This document shows, piece after piece, positions 6,834 through 15,049 of a stretch of DNA of 24,908 nt. Numbering within the stretch: position 1 is the first letter of the stretch; the number at the start of each line of letters is the position of its first letter. The translations under genes and the position numbers were made by a program. Source of the stretch: a virus (taxonomy: Duplodnaviria > Heunggongvirae > Uroviricota > Caudoviricetes); the IMG/VR virus record IMGVR_UViG_2579778993_000003. One strand, written 5' to 3'. The notes beneath the pieces are model-generated. The model was given only the letters and a program-made list of their open reading frames with translations. It was not told where the DNA came from and did no database searches.

Positions 6834-6845
6834 CGCCCATTTACC

Positions 6846-6875
6846 ACAAATAAAAAAGCCTTCACTGCGGAAGGC
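6846..6875 (-). terminator. Minus-strand intrinsic terminator (second terminator downstream of Q)
   Basis: Stem GCCTTC (6858-6863) / GAAGGC (6870-6875) with loop actgcg, preceded on the plus strand by A6 (6852-6857), giving a hairpin plus T-tract on the minus-strand RNA. Confidence 0.5.
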
Positions 6876-7059
6876 GTCTGTAACAACCGAACTGATAGTC
6901 TGCCAGACCCGCCATAACCAGCTGAGTCAGTATTAACTGGCAGCGTTCGCGTGAAAGGTAAGTATTCTGCGCAATCTCCCCGACTGTCGCCGGTTCGGTG
7001 ACGCTTAATTCATTAAACACCACTCTGGCGGTTTCTGTCATATCCTGCTGTTTTAGCAT
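6862..7059 (-). CDS. Hypothetical small protein (about 65 aa) between the Q-proximal terminator and the methyltransferase gene
   Basis: Internal ATG at 7057-7059 preceded by AAGGGA; the track ORF extends to 7146 but lacks support upstream. No motif recognised; low confidence that it is translated. Confidence 0.3.
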   Translation of the reverse strand: MLKQQDMTETARVVFNELSVTEPATVGEIAQNTYLSRERCQLILTQLVMAGLADYQFGCYRRLPQ

Positions 7060-7181
7060 GTCTTTTTCCCTTTTCCGGTTAACGTGACACACCAATAACT
7101 CTTGTCGAAAAAGCCAGCAAGCTGAAAGACAGGTATTCACCGCCACCAGCGCGTTTACTGTACTGACGCGATTTCAGTCAT

Positions 7182-7203
7182 AAAAAACCCGCCAGGCGGC
7201 GGG
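7182..7203 (-). terminator. tR'-like intrinsic terminator about 80 bp downstream of the Q gene
   Basis: On the minus-strand RNA: stem CCCGCC, loop GCCU, stem GGCGGG, then UUUUUU (plus-strand A-run 7182-7187, stems 7188-7193 and 7198-7203). Confidence 0.6.
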
Positions 7204-7252
7204 GTGTAAAAAATCTTCTAACGTCAGGCATAAAACGCCTATCGTTAGAGCA

Positions 7253-7280
7253 AATTTACCACAGATTCGGGAAAAATCAA
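7253..7280 (-). promoter_or_regulatory. Candidate late promoter (pR'-like) with expected Q-utilisation region
   Basis: On the minus strand, TTGATT (-35, complement of 7275-7280), a 16-nt spacer, then TAAATT (-10, complement of 7253-7258). It lies just downstream of the Q stop (7286-7288) and about 45-60 nt upstream of the terminator at 7182-7203, mirroring the lambda pR'-6S RNA-tR' layout. Confidence 0.4.
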
Positions 7281-7285
7281 CAACA

Positions 7286-8107
7286 CTATCGCGTTACCCT
7301 CTTTAACTGCCGCTCCGCCCATGCCTCTTCAATGTCAAACCGAACCACCAACGTATCGTAAAAGCGTTTCACTGATTTTTTCCACGTATCAAGCGTGATA
7401 GCACTCGTCACTTTGCGTATGGCATTAAATGCCTCCGTTGATGGTAGTCTTTCACAGCCACGACCACCACAACGCTGGCAGTCTCTGATAACAGGCATAC
7501 CACGTTTTACCGACTCTTCACGATGAATGGCAACACCACGCCCACGGCAGTCTTTACAGGCAGTGGAAATCTCCCCCTTCCCTTTACATTCAGGACAAGA
7601 AACTTTCACCACCTCCCGAATTTTTTTCCATTCTTCCCAGTAAGACGGATACACACCTTTCGTACACTTTGCCCATACTGGCGGCTTGCCATCCGGATAC
7701 TGAACCTTGTTTGTAAAAACTTCGCCTTCAATAAATTTTTCCCCTCGGCAACAGGGGCACTGCTTTTTACTCGCTGCGCTGCGGGCATAATCCTCAAAAG
7801 CGTACGAAGCCATAATGCGCATCACTACCGGTTTTATTTCTGCCGGAAGTTTTCTCAACGCCGCCACACGATCGCACCGACTGAGTGCATAATCTGCCAG
7901 TAATTCTGTTGCCCGCGCCCTGTCATTCATACTGATGCCCATTTTCCCCAGGAACGCAGAAAACCCCATCTCAGCCCGATTCTGTGTCATGCCCTGCGCG
8001 GCCATCACATCAGTGATACTCAGCGCATCTTTCGACGTTGAGGCCGATGCATCAGTCAGGCCGGGGGATTTTGGGGAGTAGTATTTCGGTAAATCTTCCA
8101 GTTTCAT
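7286..8107 (-). CDS. Putative late-gene antiterminator Q (Cys-rich, zinc-finger type), 273 aa
   Basis: Directly downstream of rusA with a 4-bp ATGA overlap, and followed by a promoter plus terminator pair. Contains repeated CxxC motifs (CPCCRGEK, CPECKGKGE, CKDCRGRG, CQRCGGRGCE). Family assignment rests on synteny and motifs. Confidence 0.6.
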   Translation of the reverse strand: MKLEDLPKYYSPKSPGLTDASASTSKDALSITDVMAAQGMTQNRAEMGFSAFLGKMGISMNDRARATELLADYALSRCDRVAALRKLPAEIKPVVMRIMASYAFEDYARSAASKKQCPCCRGEKFIEGEVFTNKVQYPDGKPPVWAKCTKGVYPSYWEEWKKIREVVKVSCPECKGKGEISTACKDCRGRGVAIHREESVKRGMPVIRDCQRCGGRGCERLPSTEAFNAIRKVTSAITLDTWKKSVKRFYDTLVVRFDIEEAWAERQLKRVTR

Positions 8108-8484
8108 TTTTTGACCTGCTCTTCATGCATTATGGGGTAAATCTTCACCCCCAGACGTCCACCAGATACTGGCTGACCACGAACGATATTGATTTCATCA
8201 AACTGCTCATCGTCCATTAGCAACCCCGCATGCGTCAGCGCATCCAGCGGCGCTTTCAGAATATTGTCCAGATCACGGCGGCGCTTATCCGGTGGTTCTG
8301 CAATAATTTTTATTGCCAACCTTCCGGACAGGCTTAATTTCAGCCGCTGCTGGCGAACAATAAGCGCCACTGCCCGGCGATAACGCTCCCCGGCTTTTGA
8401 TACAAAATATGTGCTGCCACGACGACGCCAGTAAGTGTTCACCGTTGGCGGGTAAGGCAAAACAAATTCTATGCGTTCAGTCAT
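8104..8484 (-). CDS. rusA: RusA-family Holliday junction resolvase
   Basis: 126 aa; the segments LPYPPTVNTYWRRRG and DKRRRDLDNILKAPLDALTHAGLLMDDEQ match the RusA fold and catalytic Asp cluster. Typical position in a lambdoid nin region just upstream of Q. Confidence 0.85.
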   Translation of the reverse strand: MTERIEFVLPYPPTVNTYWRRRGSTYFVSKAGERYRRAVALIVRQQRLKLSLSGRLAIKIIAEPPDKRRRDLDNILKAPLDALTHAGLLMDDEQFDEINIVRGQPVSGGRLGVKIYPIMHEEQVKK

Positions 8485-9543
8485 TTATGCTTTCCACTTC
8501 AGAACACCCGAATTTCTCGCGTGCATTAAAAAACGAATCAGCAACAACAGCTGGCTGCCGTGTTTTTCTTCAAAATCTTTTACCCCGGCGTGTAGTTCGC
8601 TATGGCATTTACGGCACAGCGGAATAACAAACAAATCATCAGCCTTTGTTCCCATCCCTCCCAGTCCATGACCAATGATGTGATGCGGATCATCTGCCTG
8701 ATTGCCACACGTCATGCATTTCTGCGTTTTTACCCAGCGCGTGTATACAGGCATCTCTTCCCGTTGTGATTTCTGGCGCTGGAGATACTGAGCCGGTGAC
8801 TCGGGATCAACGGCAATGCTGACCACCGTCTTTTCCTGTGGTGGGTTCTGTTGCTGGTGGGCGTGAGGCAGCGGCGCAAGATTTTTTGTGCGCTGTTTCA
8901 GTATGCTGGTGGCGGTCTGCTCTCCCGGTATGATGTCGCTTTCACTGTACACAGAGCGAATTTTTTCCGCACGCAACCCCAGCGAACGACGTAATACCGC
9001 TTCCGGTAGCGCGTCCGCCACCTGATTGCGGACCGCCCACCAGGATAATTCAGCCAGAGATAATTCACGCTCCTGCGTACCGCTTATTGCGTGACCGATG
9101 ACGTCAATCATCCATGCTGACAGGTTTTGATGAGCAAGTTGCCCGAGTGATTCGGATGTCTGGTCACGCAGCTGGTTGTCGCAGTGCCAGCACAACACCA
9201 TTGCGCCGGTACCATAACGGTGAATGACGGTTTCGCTGTGATGATAATCGCCGTGTGGCCACTGGCAGGATTTAATATGGCGCAACAGCCAGTCAGACAA
9301 TGCACCAGCACCACCAGCAGCACGAATCACCCGTGCGTTACTGAAAAACGGCAGCAATGTTTTGTCTTCCACCAGCGGCTGGCGAGCGGCAGGAACGACC
9401 CCGGACGGCAGATTACGCATGCTTTTTGGTTCCGGCTCCACCAGTATTCTGCCGTTATGGAATGCTGACATTGATTCACGGCCTGGCTTAACGATAACCA
9501 GACCGAGTTCCGGTACCAGAACAGATCGAAGTAATACCCGCAC
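8485..9543 (-). CDS. DUF968-type prophage protein with C-terminal HNH-like zinc-finger nuclease motif (YdfU-like)
   Basis: The C-terminus CMTCGNQADDPHHIIGHGLGGMGTKADDLFVIPLCRKCHSELH has the Cys/His spacing of HNH endonucleases. The start is ambiguous: GTG at 9541-9543 has a strong SD (GGAGG), and an alternative ATG lies at 9469-9471. Confidence 0.65.
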   Translation of the reverse strand: MRVLLRSVLVPELGLVIVKPGRESMSAFHNGRILVEPEPKSMRNLPSGVVPAARQPLVEDKTLLPFFSNARVIRAAGGAGALSDWLLRHIKSCQWPHGDYHHSETVIHRYGTGAMVLCWHCDNQLRDQTSESLGQLAHQNLSAWMIDVIGHAISGTQERELSLAELSWWAVRNQVADALPEAVLRRSLGLRAEKIRSVYSESDIIPGEQTATSILKQRTKNLAPLPHAHQQQNPPQEKTVVSIAVDPESPAQYLQRQKSQREEMPVYTRWVKTQKCMTCGNQADDPHHIIGHGLGGMGTKADDLFVIPLCRKCHSELHAGVKDFEEKHGSQLLLLIRFLMHARNSGVLKWKA

Positions 9544-9544
9544 A

Positions 9545-9823
9545 TTACCTCCAGATCCGTTGCTGGAATGTGCGGGACGGACGCGCTGGCCGTTCTGAGT
9601 AAGGGAGCCTGACGGAGATTATCCAGTGACGGTAGTCGAGGCTAAGGGCTTTTTTAACCTCGCATCCGCGCCCGCGGTAACACTGAATGAGCCATTCAGC
9701 CTGTTCTTCGGTGCAGGGGTCGTGCTGATACCAGTCAGATTTGAATGCATGAGAACGCCGCCCGTGCCTGCTGGCAGGGGCGGCAGAGTTATCCGAATTG
9801 TAAAATTTGGTATCGTGCGCCAT
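9545..9823 (-). CDS. Hypothetical nin-region protein (92 aa)
   Basis: ATG at 9821-9823; the stop abuts the start of the DUF968 gene. Four Cys residues; no motif recognised. Confidence 0.4.
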   Translation of the reverse strand: MAHDTKFYNSDNSAAPASRHGRRSHAFKSDWYQHDPCTEEQAEWLIQCYRGRGCEVKKALSLDYRHWIISVRLPYSERPARPSRTFQQRIWR

Positions 9824-10090
9824 CTGTTTTCTCTGCTGGCGCAGCAGGTGCCAGTTGTTCAGGCTGACGTATGAAGTATAAATAAACTGGCTCCAGTGTA
9901 AAGCCCCACCTTAATGGAATAAAAACCAAACAACAGATTGCTGGGATAAAAATACAACGCTTATTATTAAAAGCGGTTAGATAAATTAAATTTTAATGTT
10001 ATGCAAATCTGCCAGATTAGCATAATATTTCATTTGAAAACCGCTGAAATAACAATCTTATCGGGATTAATCATATTAAGGTGAGTAAAT

Positions 10091-10177
10091 ATGGAAAACA
10101 ACAAATCTGCACATTACGCTCCTTTTTTATCTGTAATACTTTTTGTATTTTGTTGTGTATGGGCGGTATTTTTATAA
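10091..10177 (+). CDS. Candidate small hydrophobic peptide (28 aa: MENNKSAHYAPFLSVILFVFCCVWAVFL), below the ORF-track length cut-off
   Basis: ATG at 10091 preceded by AAGGTGA (10078-10084) with a 6-nt spacer. A short polar head is followed by a single hydrophobic helix-length segment, and the stop TAA (10175-10177) lies 18 nt before a strong bidirectional terminator. It is convergent with the protease gene. Confidence 0.3.
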   Translation: MENNKSAHYAPFLSVILFVFCCVWAVFL

Positions 10178-10194
10178 AACACACCCACAAATAA

Positions 10195-10224
10195 ATCAAA
10201 CCCGCTACAGCGGGTTTGATTTAT
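10195..10224. terminator. Bidirectional intrinsic terminator shared by the small plus-strand ORF and the protease/ATPase operon
   Basis: Perfect 10-bp stem TCAAACCCGC (10196-10205), loop tacag, GCGGGTTTGA (10211-10220), with T/A-rich runs on both sides. Confidence 0.65.
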
Positions 10225-10231
10225 ATAGTTG

Positions 10232-12496
10232 TTATACGGAAACTGGCACACGAGCAGGCAATGGATAGTGAGCCCAGTTATTAGCATTTAAAGCTCTTAC
10301 GCCATCAGCATAAACTTGTGTTTTTCCATCTAATGATTTTAAAGTTACTACAATAGTTACAGGTAAAGGCTCCATTAAGGCCGGTTCATTCGCTCTCAAC
10401 GTTGTTTTAGCTTGAAGAGCCCAGTTACCCGAAGTAATTCCTTTATTAAATGCCTTGCGATGAATTTTTACTGGTGACCACTTTCCACCATGCTCAATTT
10501 GAGCTCTCTCATATCCAGATTGACCGTTTTCTCCTTCCATAGGTACTTTTCCTTTTATAGTATTATTCTCAATTAAGCCAAAACTTAGCTCTACGTTCGC
10601 GCGAACATATTCACTGCCGGCATTAGGGTTCAGTGGTGGTGCATATGCAGCAGTAATTACAATCTCACCTTTAAATTTTCCATTTTGAATAAGTGCCGAT
10701 GGTATGGGATAGTTTTCCTTTCTCCACCTCACCCCAGGAACCAAGAATGTTTGGAAAATCAGAGTAAACCTATCATCACTATCATATAAGGTCTCAATAA
10801 CCTCATTAGGAATTCCCGCTCCCAAATAGCGTCTTTCACTTGGCGAGTAATCAGGAGAAGATAATTGAGCGGAATGAATTAATAATGCTTTAATCAATGA
10901 TGGTGAAACATTAAAGTCTGAATTAGTGGCTATTCTCTGCCATGTATGCGCAGCTAAACTTGCCACAATTGGAGCAGCAAAACTAGTACCAAAATTAGAG
11001 CAAAGCCTATTATCTGGCCCTACGACCTTTAAACTGCTTGCTCCTACATTCCAAGGTCTATGAACCCCACCGCCAGCATGGATTATATCTGGCTTTGGAG
11101 TAAATACAGGCCCAGGGCCACGACGAGTATATGGTGTCGGTGTTCCAATTTCACTTAAAGCATCATTAGCTTCCATATGAGAAACTGAACCAACTGTTAG
11201 TGCTCGGACTGACTCTCCAGGAGAGGAAATTAAATCAGCACCTCCAAGCGGATCAGGATTTGGCCATGTACGTATAGGTTCATCTACATAATTACCTGCA
11301 GCAACTACAAACAAAATACCAAATTTATCGCTGAGCCGATCTAACTCCATCGCAAAATCACTAAACATCTGCTCATTACATGGTCCGCCTCCCAAAGATA
11401 AATTCCAGACTTTTATATCTGGTCTTTTATTTACAGCATCTGCTAGCCTCAGAATTAAATCTGATATATAAGATCCATTTTCATCTAAAGCACAAACATC
11501 ATGGATTTTAGATTTTGTATCAGGAATCCATGGATGATTGTCATTTAAAAAATGAGCGCCTGATATCAATGAAGACACCATAGTCCCATGTTCATAACTC
11601 GTATCAGGAGGAATTACGTATGTTTCCCTACTCACTACCCAAGGAGTAATTGTTGCCGCGATGGGGCTTACCCCAGTGTCAAATACAGCAACAATGGGTA
11701 ATTCTTCTGATGGTACGGGAAAGCTATTTGTTTCAATGCCAACAGAATCACTTACACTAACCGGGAATGCTGAATATTTTGGTTCTGGAATTAACGTTCT
11801 TATACCCGGGTAATCAATGAGAATGTCTAATATATATCTATCATTTGGGGATAAATCCATTATCCTTAATAAGGGAAGACCACATTTTGGTCTAATCTCA
11901 TCATATTTAACTCCGTGTTGTTCTAATATAGAAATAACGTTTTCATAGTTGTTGTAAGTTGCATCTTCACCTGTGTACTCAAATAGTCGTACAAGGATGT
12001 TTGATGATTCAAACAAACCATCAGTGCCTCCTGGAACCTTCCTATTCTCATCCCAAGGTTCAATGCGCTCAATCGCGCTTAGATTAGCCAAAATCGCTTT
12101 AATATTCCGATGTAAAATGACTGACTCTAATACGTCAAAACAGCCGGCATGAGCAGCAACCAACATTTCATCTATTTTGGCATGACCGGCATTTTGCAAT
12201 CCAGCCTCTTGAGCAATTTTGTTCGGCCTATGCGTTTTGGCTATTCCCTGGTCTCTTAATTTGAAAACCAAAGTACCCAAGCTTCCAGGGTACTCTGAAA
12301 GTTTGGATTCTAAATAATGTTTACTGGTTGTTAAATTTCTTACTAGCCCTTGTCTATATTCGGCTGTTACATCAACCAATACCTTTGCCCCACCGCCAGC
12401 GTTTACTATTGCACCCAAGTCACTACTGGAAAAAGGGATTCTTAACATTGGGTTTGTAACTTTTGCGTTACTAAACTGTGTACCCCTTCTGCTCAT
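10232..12496 (-). CDS. Subtilisin-like serine protease (peptidase S8) with extra N- and C-terminal domains, 754 aa; protease component of an IetAS-like two-gene system
   Basis: Catalytic residues in subtilisin order: Asp in VAVFDTGVS, His in YEHGTMVSS, oxyanion Asn in VVAAGNY, Ser in GTSFAAPIVAS. ATG at 12494-12496 with a GGAG/AGGAG SD inside the 3' end of the upstream ATPase gene (26-bp overlap). A+T-rich relative to neighbouring prophage genes. Confidence 0.9.
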   Translation of the reverse strand: MSRRGTQFSNAKVTNPMLRIPFSSSDLGAIVNAGGGAKVLVDVTAEYRQGLVRNLTTSKHYLESKLSEYPGSLGTLVFKLRDQGIAKTHRPNKIAQEAGLQNAGHAKIDEMLVAAHAGCFDVLESVILHRNIKAILANLSAIERIEPWDENRKVPGGTDGLFESSNILVRLFEYTGEDATYNNYENVISILEQHGVKYDEIRPKCGLPLLRIMDLSPNDRYILDILIDYPGIRTLIPEPKYSAFPVSVSDSVGIETNSFPVPSEELPIVAVFDTGVSPIAATITPWVVSRETYVIPPDTSYEHGTMVSSLISGAHFLNDNHPWIPDTKSKIHDVCALDENGSYISDLILRLADAVNKRPDIKVWNLSLGGGPCNEQMFSDFAMELDRLSDKFGILFVVAAGNYVDEPIRTWPNPDPLGGADLISSPGESVRALTVGSVSHMEANDALSEIGTPTPYTRRGPGPVFTPKPDIIHAGGGVHRPWNVGASSLKVVGPDNRLCSNFGTSFAAPIVASLAAHTWQRIATNSDFNVSPSLIKALLIHSAQLSSPDYSPSERRYLGAGIPNEVIETLYDSDDRFTLIFQTFLVPGVRWRKENYPIPSALIQNGKFKGEIVITAAYAPPLNPNAGSEYVRANVELSFGLIENNTIKGKVPMEGENGQSGYERAQIEHGGKWSPVKIHRKAFNKGITSGNWALQAKTTLRANEPALMEPLPVTIVVTLKSLDGKTQVYADGVRALNANNWAHYPLPARVPVSV

Positions 12497-13625
12497 ATGC
12501 TCCTGACTCCTTCAGAATGTTTGAAATTACTCTTGATGTAAGTTTGTACAAATTAGCAAGAACTCTGATAGAAAATAATTTTTTATCTTTAGAACGTAAC
12601 CAACGAATTTCATCTTCGTAAGTGCTTAAATTTACACCTTCCATAAGCGATTGCGCAAGATACAAACGCCTATACAATTTATGGTGATTTATCACACTTG
12701 CACCTTCAATAACTGCATCCCTACGTGCATCCAAGCTCACCTGTTCAATTATTGCTCCGGATAATCCCTCCGATTTTCTTGATAAATCACTTAAATCTAG
12801 ATCGCTACATATCATATTCTTTAAACGATTTTTCCAAATTAACTCTCTCTGATGTATGTCAGGCAGAGGCATTGGAATTCTGAAGCTAAATCGCCTCCAG
12901 ATTGCAGGATCCAGAAGTTGCTCATGGTTAGTTGAGGCAATAATTACCGTATCCTCTGATGCCGCATCCATATTCTGCAATAGTGAAATGACAACTCGCT
13001 GAAGCTCACCTATATCTCTCTCATTACCTCTTGCTCCAGCTAAAGCATCAAATTCGTCTAAAAAAAGCACTGATGGCCTCTGCATTACATAATCGAAAAC
13101 CTGTCTAAGATTTTTGCTGGTTTGTCCCAATAAACTACTAATCAAAGTATCGCAACGCACTGTAAGAAGTGGAAAATCTAAGCGGGTAGCGATGTACTTA
13201 GATAACATAGTCTTACCTGTTCCTGGCTTTCCATACACGAGCATACGACTCGGCAATGCTGCATCAGCTTTAACAAACTCATCATAACGTTGAACATTAG
13301 TGATAAACTCTTCAACACGGGTACTGATTGCTGCAGGCAGAAAAATCTCTGAACTGTCTAATTTAGGATAACTGACATCAACAGTGTTGAGTCGACTATC
13401 AATATCTACCGGTAATGAGCCCAGAGATATCCCACCTCCAGCCCTTTGAGCTCCTGCCAACGCCTGGGGAGCTCTAAGCAACCTTTCTCTTATCATTCTG
13501 GCTTGCTTGACCTCCCCTTTTTGTTCGAGCTTATCTGCCAGCAACCCAGCATAATTACTAGCCATCGAAGCATTTGCCTTTGTTGCACCTTCAATGATTT
13601 TTAACACTTCTGATAAATAATCCAT
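12471..13625 (-). CDS. Classic AAA-family ATPase, 384 aa; ATPase component of an IetAS-like two-gene system
   Basis: Walker A GKPGTGKT, Walker B VLFLDEFD, and a second-region-of-homology-like segment ASTNHEQLLDPAIWRRFSF with sensor Asn and Arg fingers. ATG at 13623-13625 preceded by GGGAG with a 6-nt spacer, after an AT-rich ~190-bp leader. Confidence 0.9.
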   Translation of the reverse strand: MDYLSEVLKIIEGATKANASMASNYAGLLADKLEQKGEVKQARMIRERLLRAPQALAGAQRAGGGISLGSLPVDIDSRLNTVDVSYPKLDSSEIFLPAAISTRVEEFITNVQRYDEFVKADAALPSRMLVYGKPGTGKTMLSKYIATRLDFPLLTVRCDTLISSLLGQTSKNLRQVFDYVMQRPSVLFLDEFDALAGARGNERDIGELQRVVISLLQNMDAASEDTVIIASTNHEQLLDPAIWRRFSFRIPMPLPDIHQRELIWKNRLKNMICSDLDLSDLSRKSEGLSGAIIEQVSLDARRDAVIEGASVINHHKLYRRLYLAQSLMEGVNLSTYEDEIRWLRSKDKKLFSIRVLANLYKLTSRVISNILKESGAYEQKGYTV

Positions 13626-13818
13626 TCAACACTCCCACAACAAAAAGCCACAGCAATCAAAAAATGAGCACACAGAATCAAAATACTCTCTAATCGTAAC
13701 GCATTTTGAGATTTTTGATACGTTTTTTTGGGATTATGTAACGCCAAATGGTCATTTTGTGTCAGAAAAATAAATCTTAGTACCGAGAATATGTAGCTTC
13801 CATCCTTCATCGTTCTAT

Positions 13819-14250
13819 TCATCCCTGATCTCCAAGCCTCTCTCGAAAACCATTCTGATAAAACGCCAGCACACGCTGCATAACTTCGCTCTTCCGGCAC
13901 TCGCGACAGATTATGTTCAGACGCCTGTCGTAGCGGCGTATTTCTCCGTCTGGTAATGACCAGATAAGGTCCGGATCAACCACAGATGGTTTCTTCACCT
14001 TTGCCCTGGATAGTTTTTTGCGGGCATTTTGCCAGTCCTTACGAGCCTGTTCAGACGGGAATAACCCGTAACCAGAGTTGTATACATCGCCACTGGCAAC
14101 CAGCTCTCTGGCGAGAACGCTCATCAGATATCTTGTCGCACCTGTCTTGGCTTCCAGTTGCCGTAACGTCTCGCGCCCACTCCGGCGTACTAGCTCAACA
14201 ACCTGCCCTTTAATTTTTTCCCGCTCTTCTTGTGTAAATACTTTTGCCAT
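13819..14250 (-). CDS. Hypothetical prophage protein (143 aa from the ATG at 14248-14250)
   Basis: Strong SD GGAGG 5 nt upstream of the ATG at 14250; the track ORF starts 5 codons earlier. Basic protein with a CxxC pair near the C-terminus; no family recognised. Confidence 0.55.
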   Translation of the reverse strand: MAKVFTQEEREKIKGQVVELVRRSGRETLRQLEAKTGATRYLMSVLARELVASGDVYNSGYGLFPSEQARKDWQNARKKLSRAKVKKPSVVDPDLIWSLPDGEIRRYDRRLNIICRECRKSEVMQRVLAFYQNGFRERLGDQG

Positions 14251-14265
14251 AAGCGCCTCCGGCAA

Positions 14266-15027
14266 TCACTTTTCCGATACAACACGGCGGGAAGAATCAG
14301 TAATCTGTCGAACAATATCCCGGTGCTTGTTCAGCTCCCGCAGCGCGGCGCAGACTCGCTCCCACTTCTGGACATGATTTTTCGCCCGACGCAGTTCGCG
14401 GTTTGCCATATGCAGTGATGGTAAAACCAGGTCATCCGCTCGCGTTTCAGTAAACGATGGCAGCGACTGCACAATGTCCGCCACAGTTTCTGTTTTAATA
14501 TCTTCCTGTGTTGCAGCCTCCTGTACTGGTAACGCAACACCTGCGGTATGAGGAAAGGCCTTACCATCAGTTTCCGCTACCGATGCTGCTTTCGGCTCTG
14601 CTGGTAAATTATCGCCCGGTATGCAGTAACGAAATTTACCGCCCTGATTTACGCGAATCAGACGACCTTTGCTGATTGCCATTGCCAGCGTTGAAGCCAC
14701 TTTGCGTGATGTGGTACCAAACAATGTAGCCAGCTCATCAGCCATTTGTGGTCCTCGTTGTTCAATCGTCGCGGTTAAATCGCACTCTGAGATTTTCGCT
14801 ACTGTTGCTGTGGTGATTTCTTCCGGCAGTTCTGCCTGCGCTGGCTGTTCCTGCTGAACGTTGTTATCAGCCACACGCCAGGTGTACGCGCTTTTATCAA
14901 CAAAACCAGCCTTTTTCAGTTCCCATAGTTCGTTCAGCACTTCTTCACGACTGATATCAAGTCGCGCAGCAAGTTCTATGGATGTGGCTTTTCCCATTGC
15001 TTTCAGTGCGTCAAAAACAGTCTCCAT
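14266..15027 (-). CDS. Hypothetical prophage protein with N-terminal winged-helix-like segment (253 aa from the ATG at 15025-15027)
   Basis: Internal ATG preceded by GGGAGA; N-terminus [43 protein letters not shown] resembles a small wHTH. An acidic low-complexity middle is followed by a basic C-terminus. Located immediately downstream of the DnaC-like gene. Confidence 0.5.
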   Translation of the reverse strand: METVFDALKAMGKATSIELAARLDISREEVLNELWELKKAGFVDKSAYTWRVADNNVQQEQPAQAELPEEITTATVAKISECDLTATIEQRGPQMADELATLFGTTSRKVASTLAMAISKGRLIRVNQGGKFRYCIPGDNLPAEPKAASVAETDGKAFPHTAGVALPVQEAATQEDIKTETVADIVQSLPSFTETRADDLVLPSLHMANRELRRAKNHVQKWERVCAALRELNKHRDIVRQITDSSRRVVSEK

Positions 15028-15049
15028 TAAATTTTTCTCCCGGTAAAAA

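Noticed and set aside
13601-13900. 99-aa minus-strand ORF spanning the ATPase start and upstream leader
   Set aside because: Overlaps the ATPase start in another frame and runs through the AT-rich promoter/leader region; the AT-rich region is better explained as regulatory.
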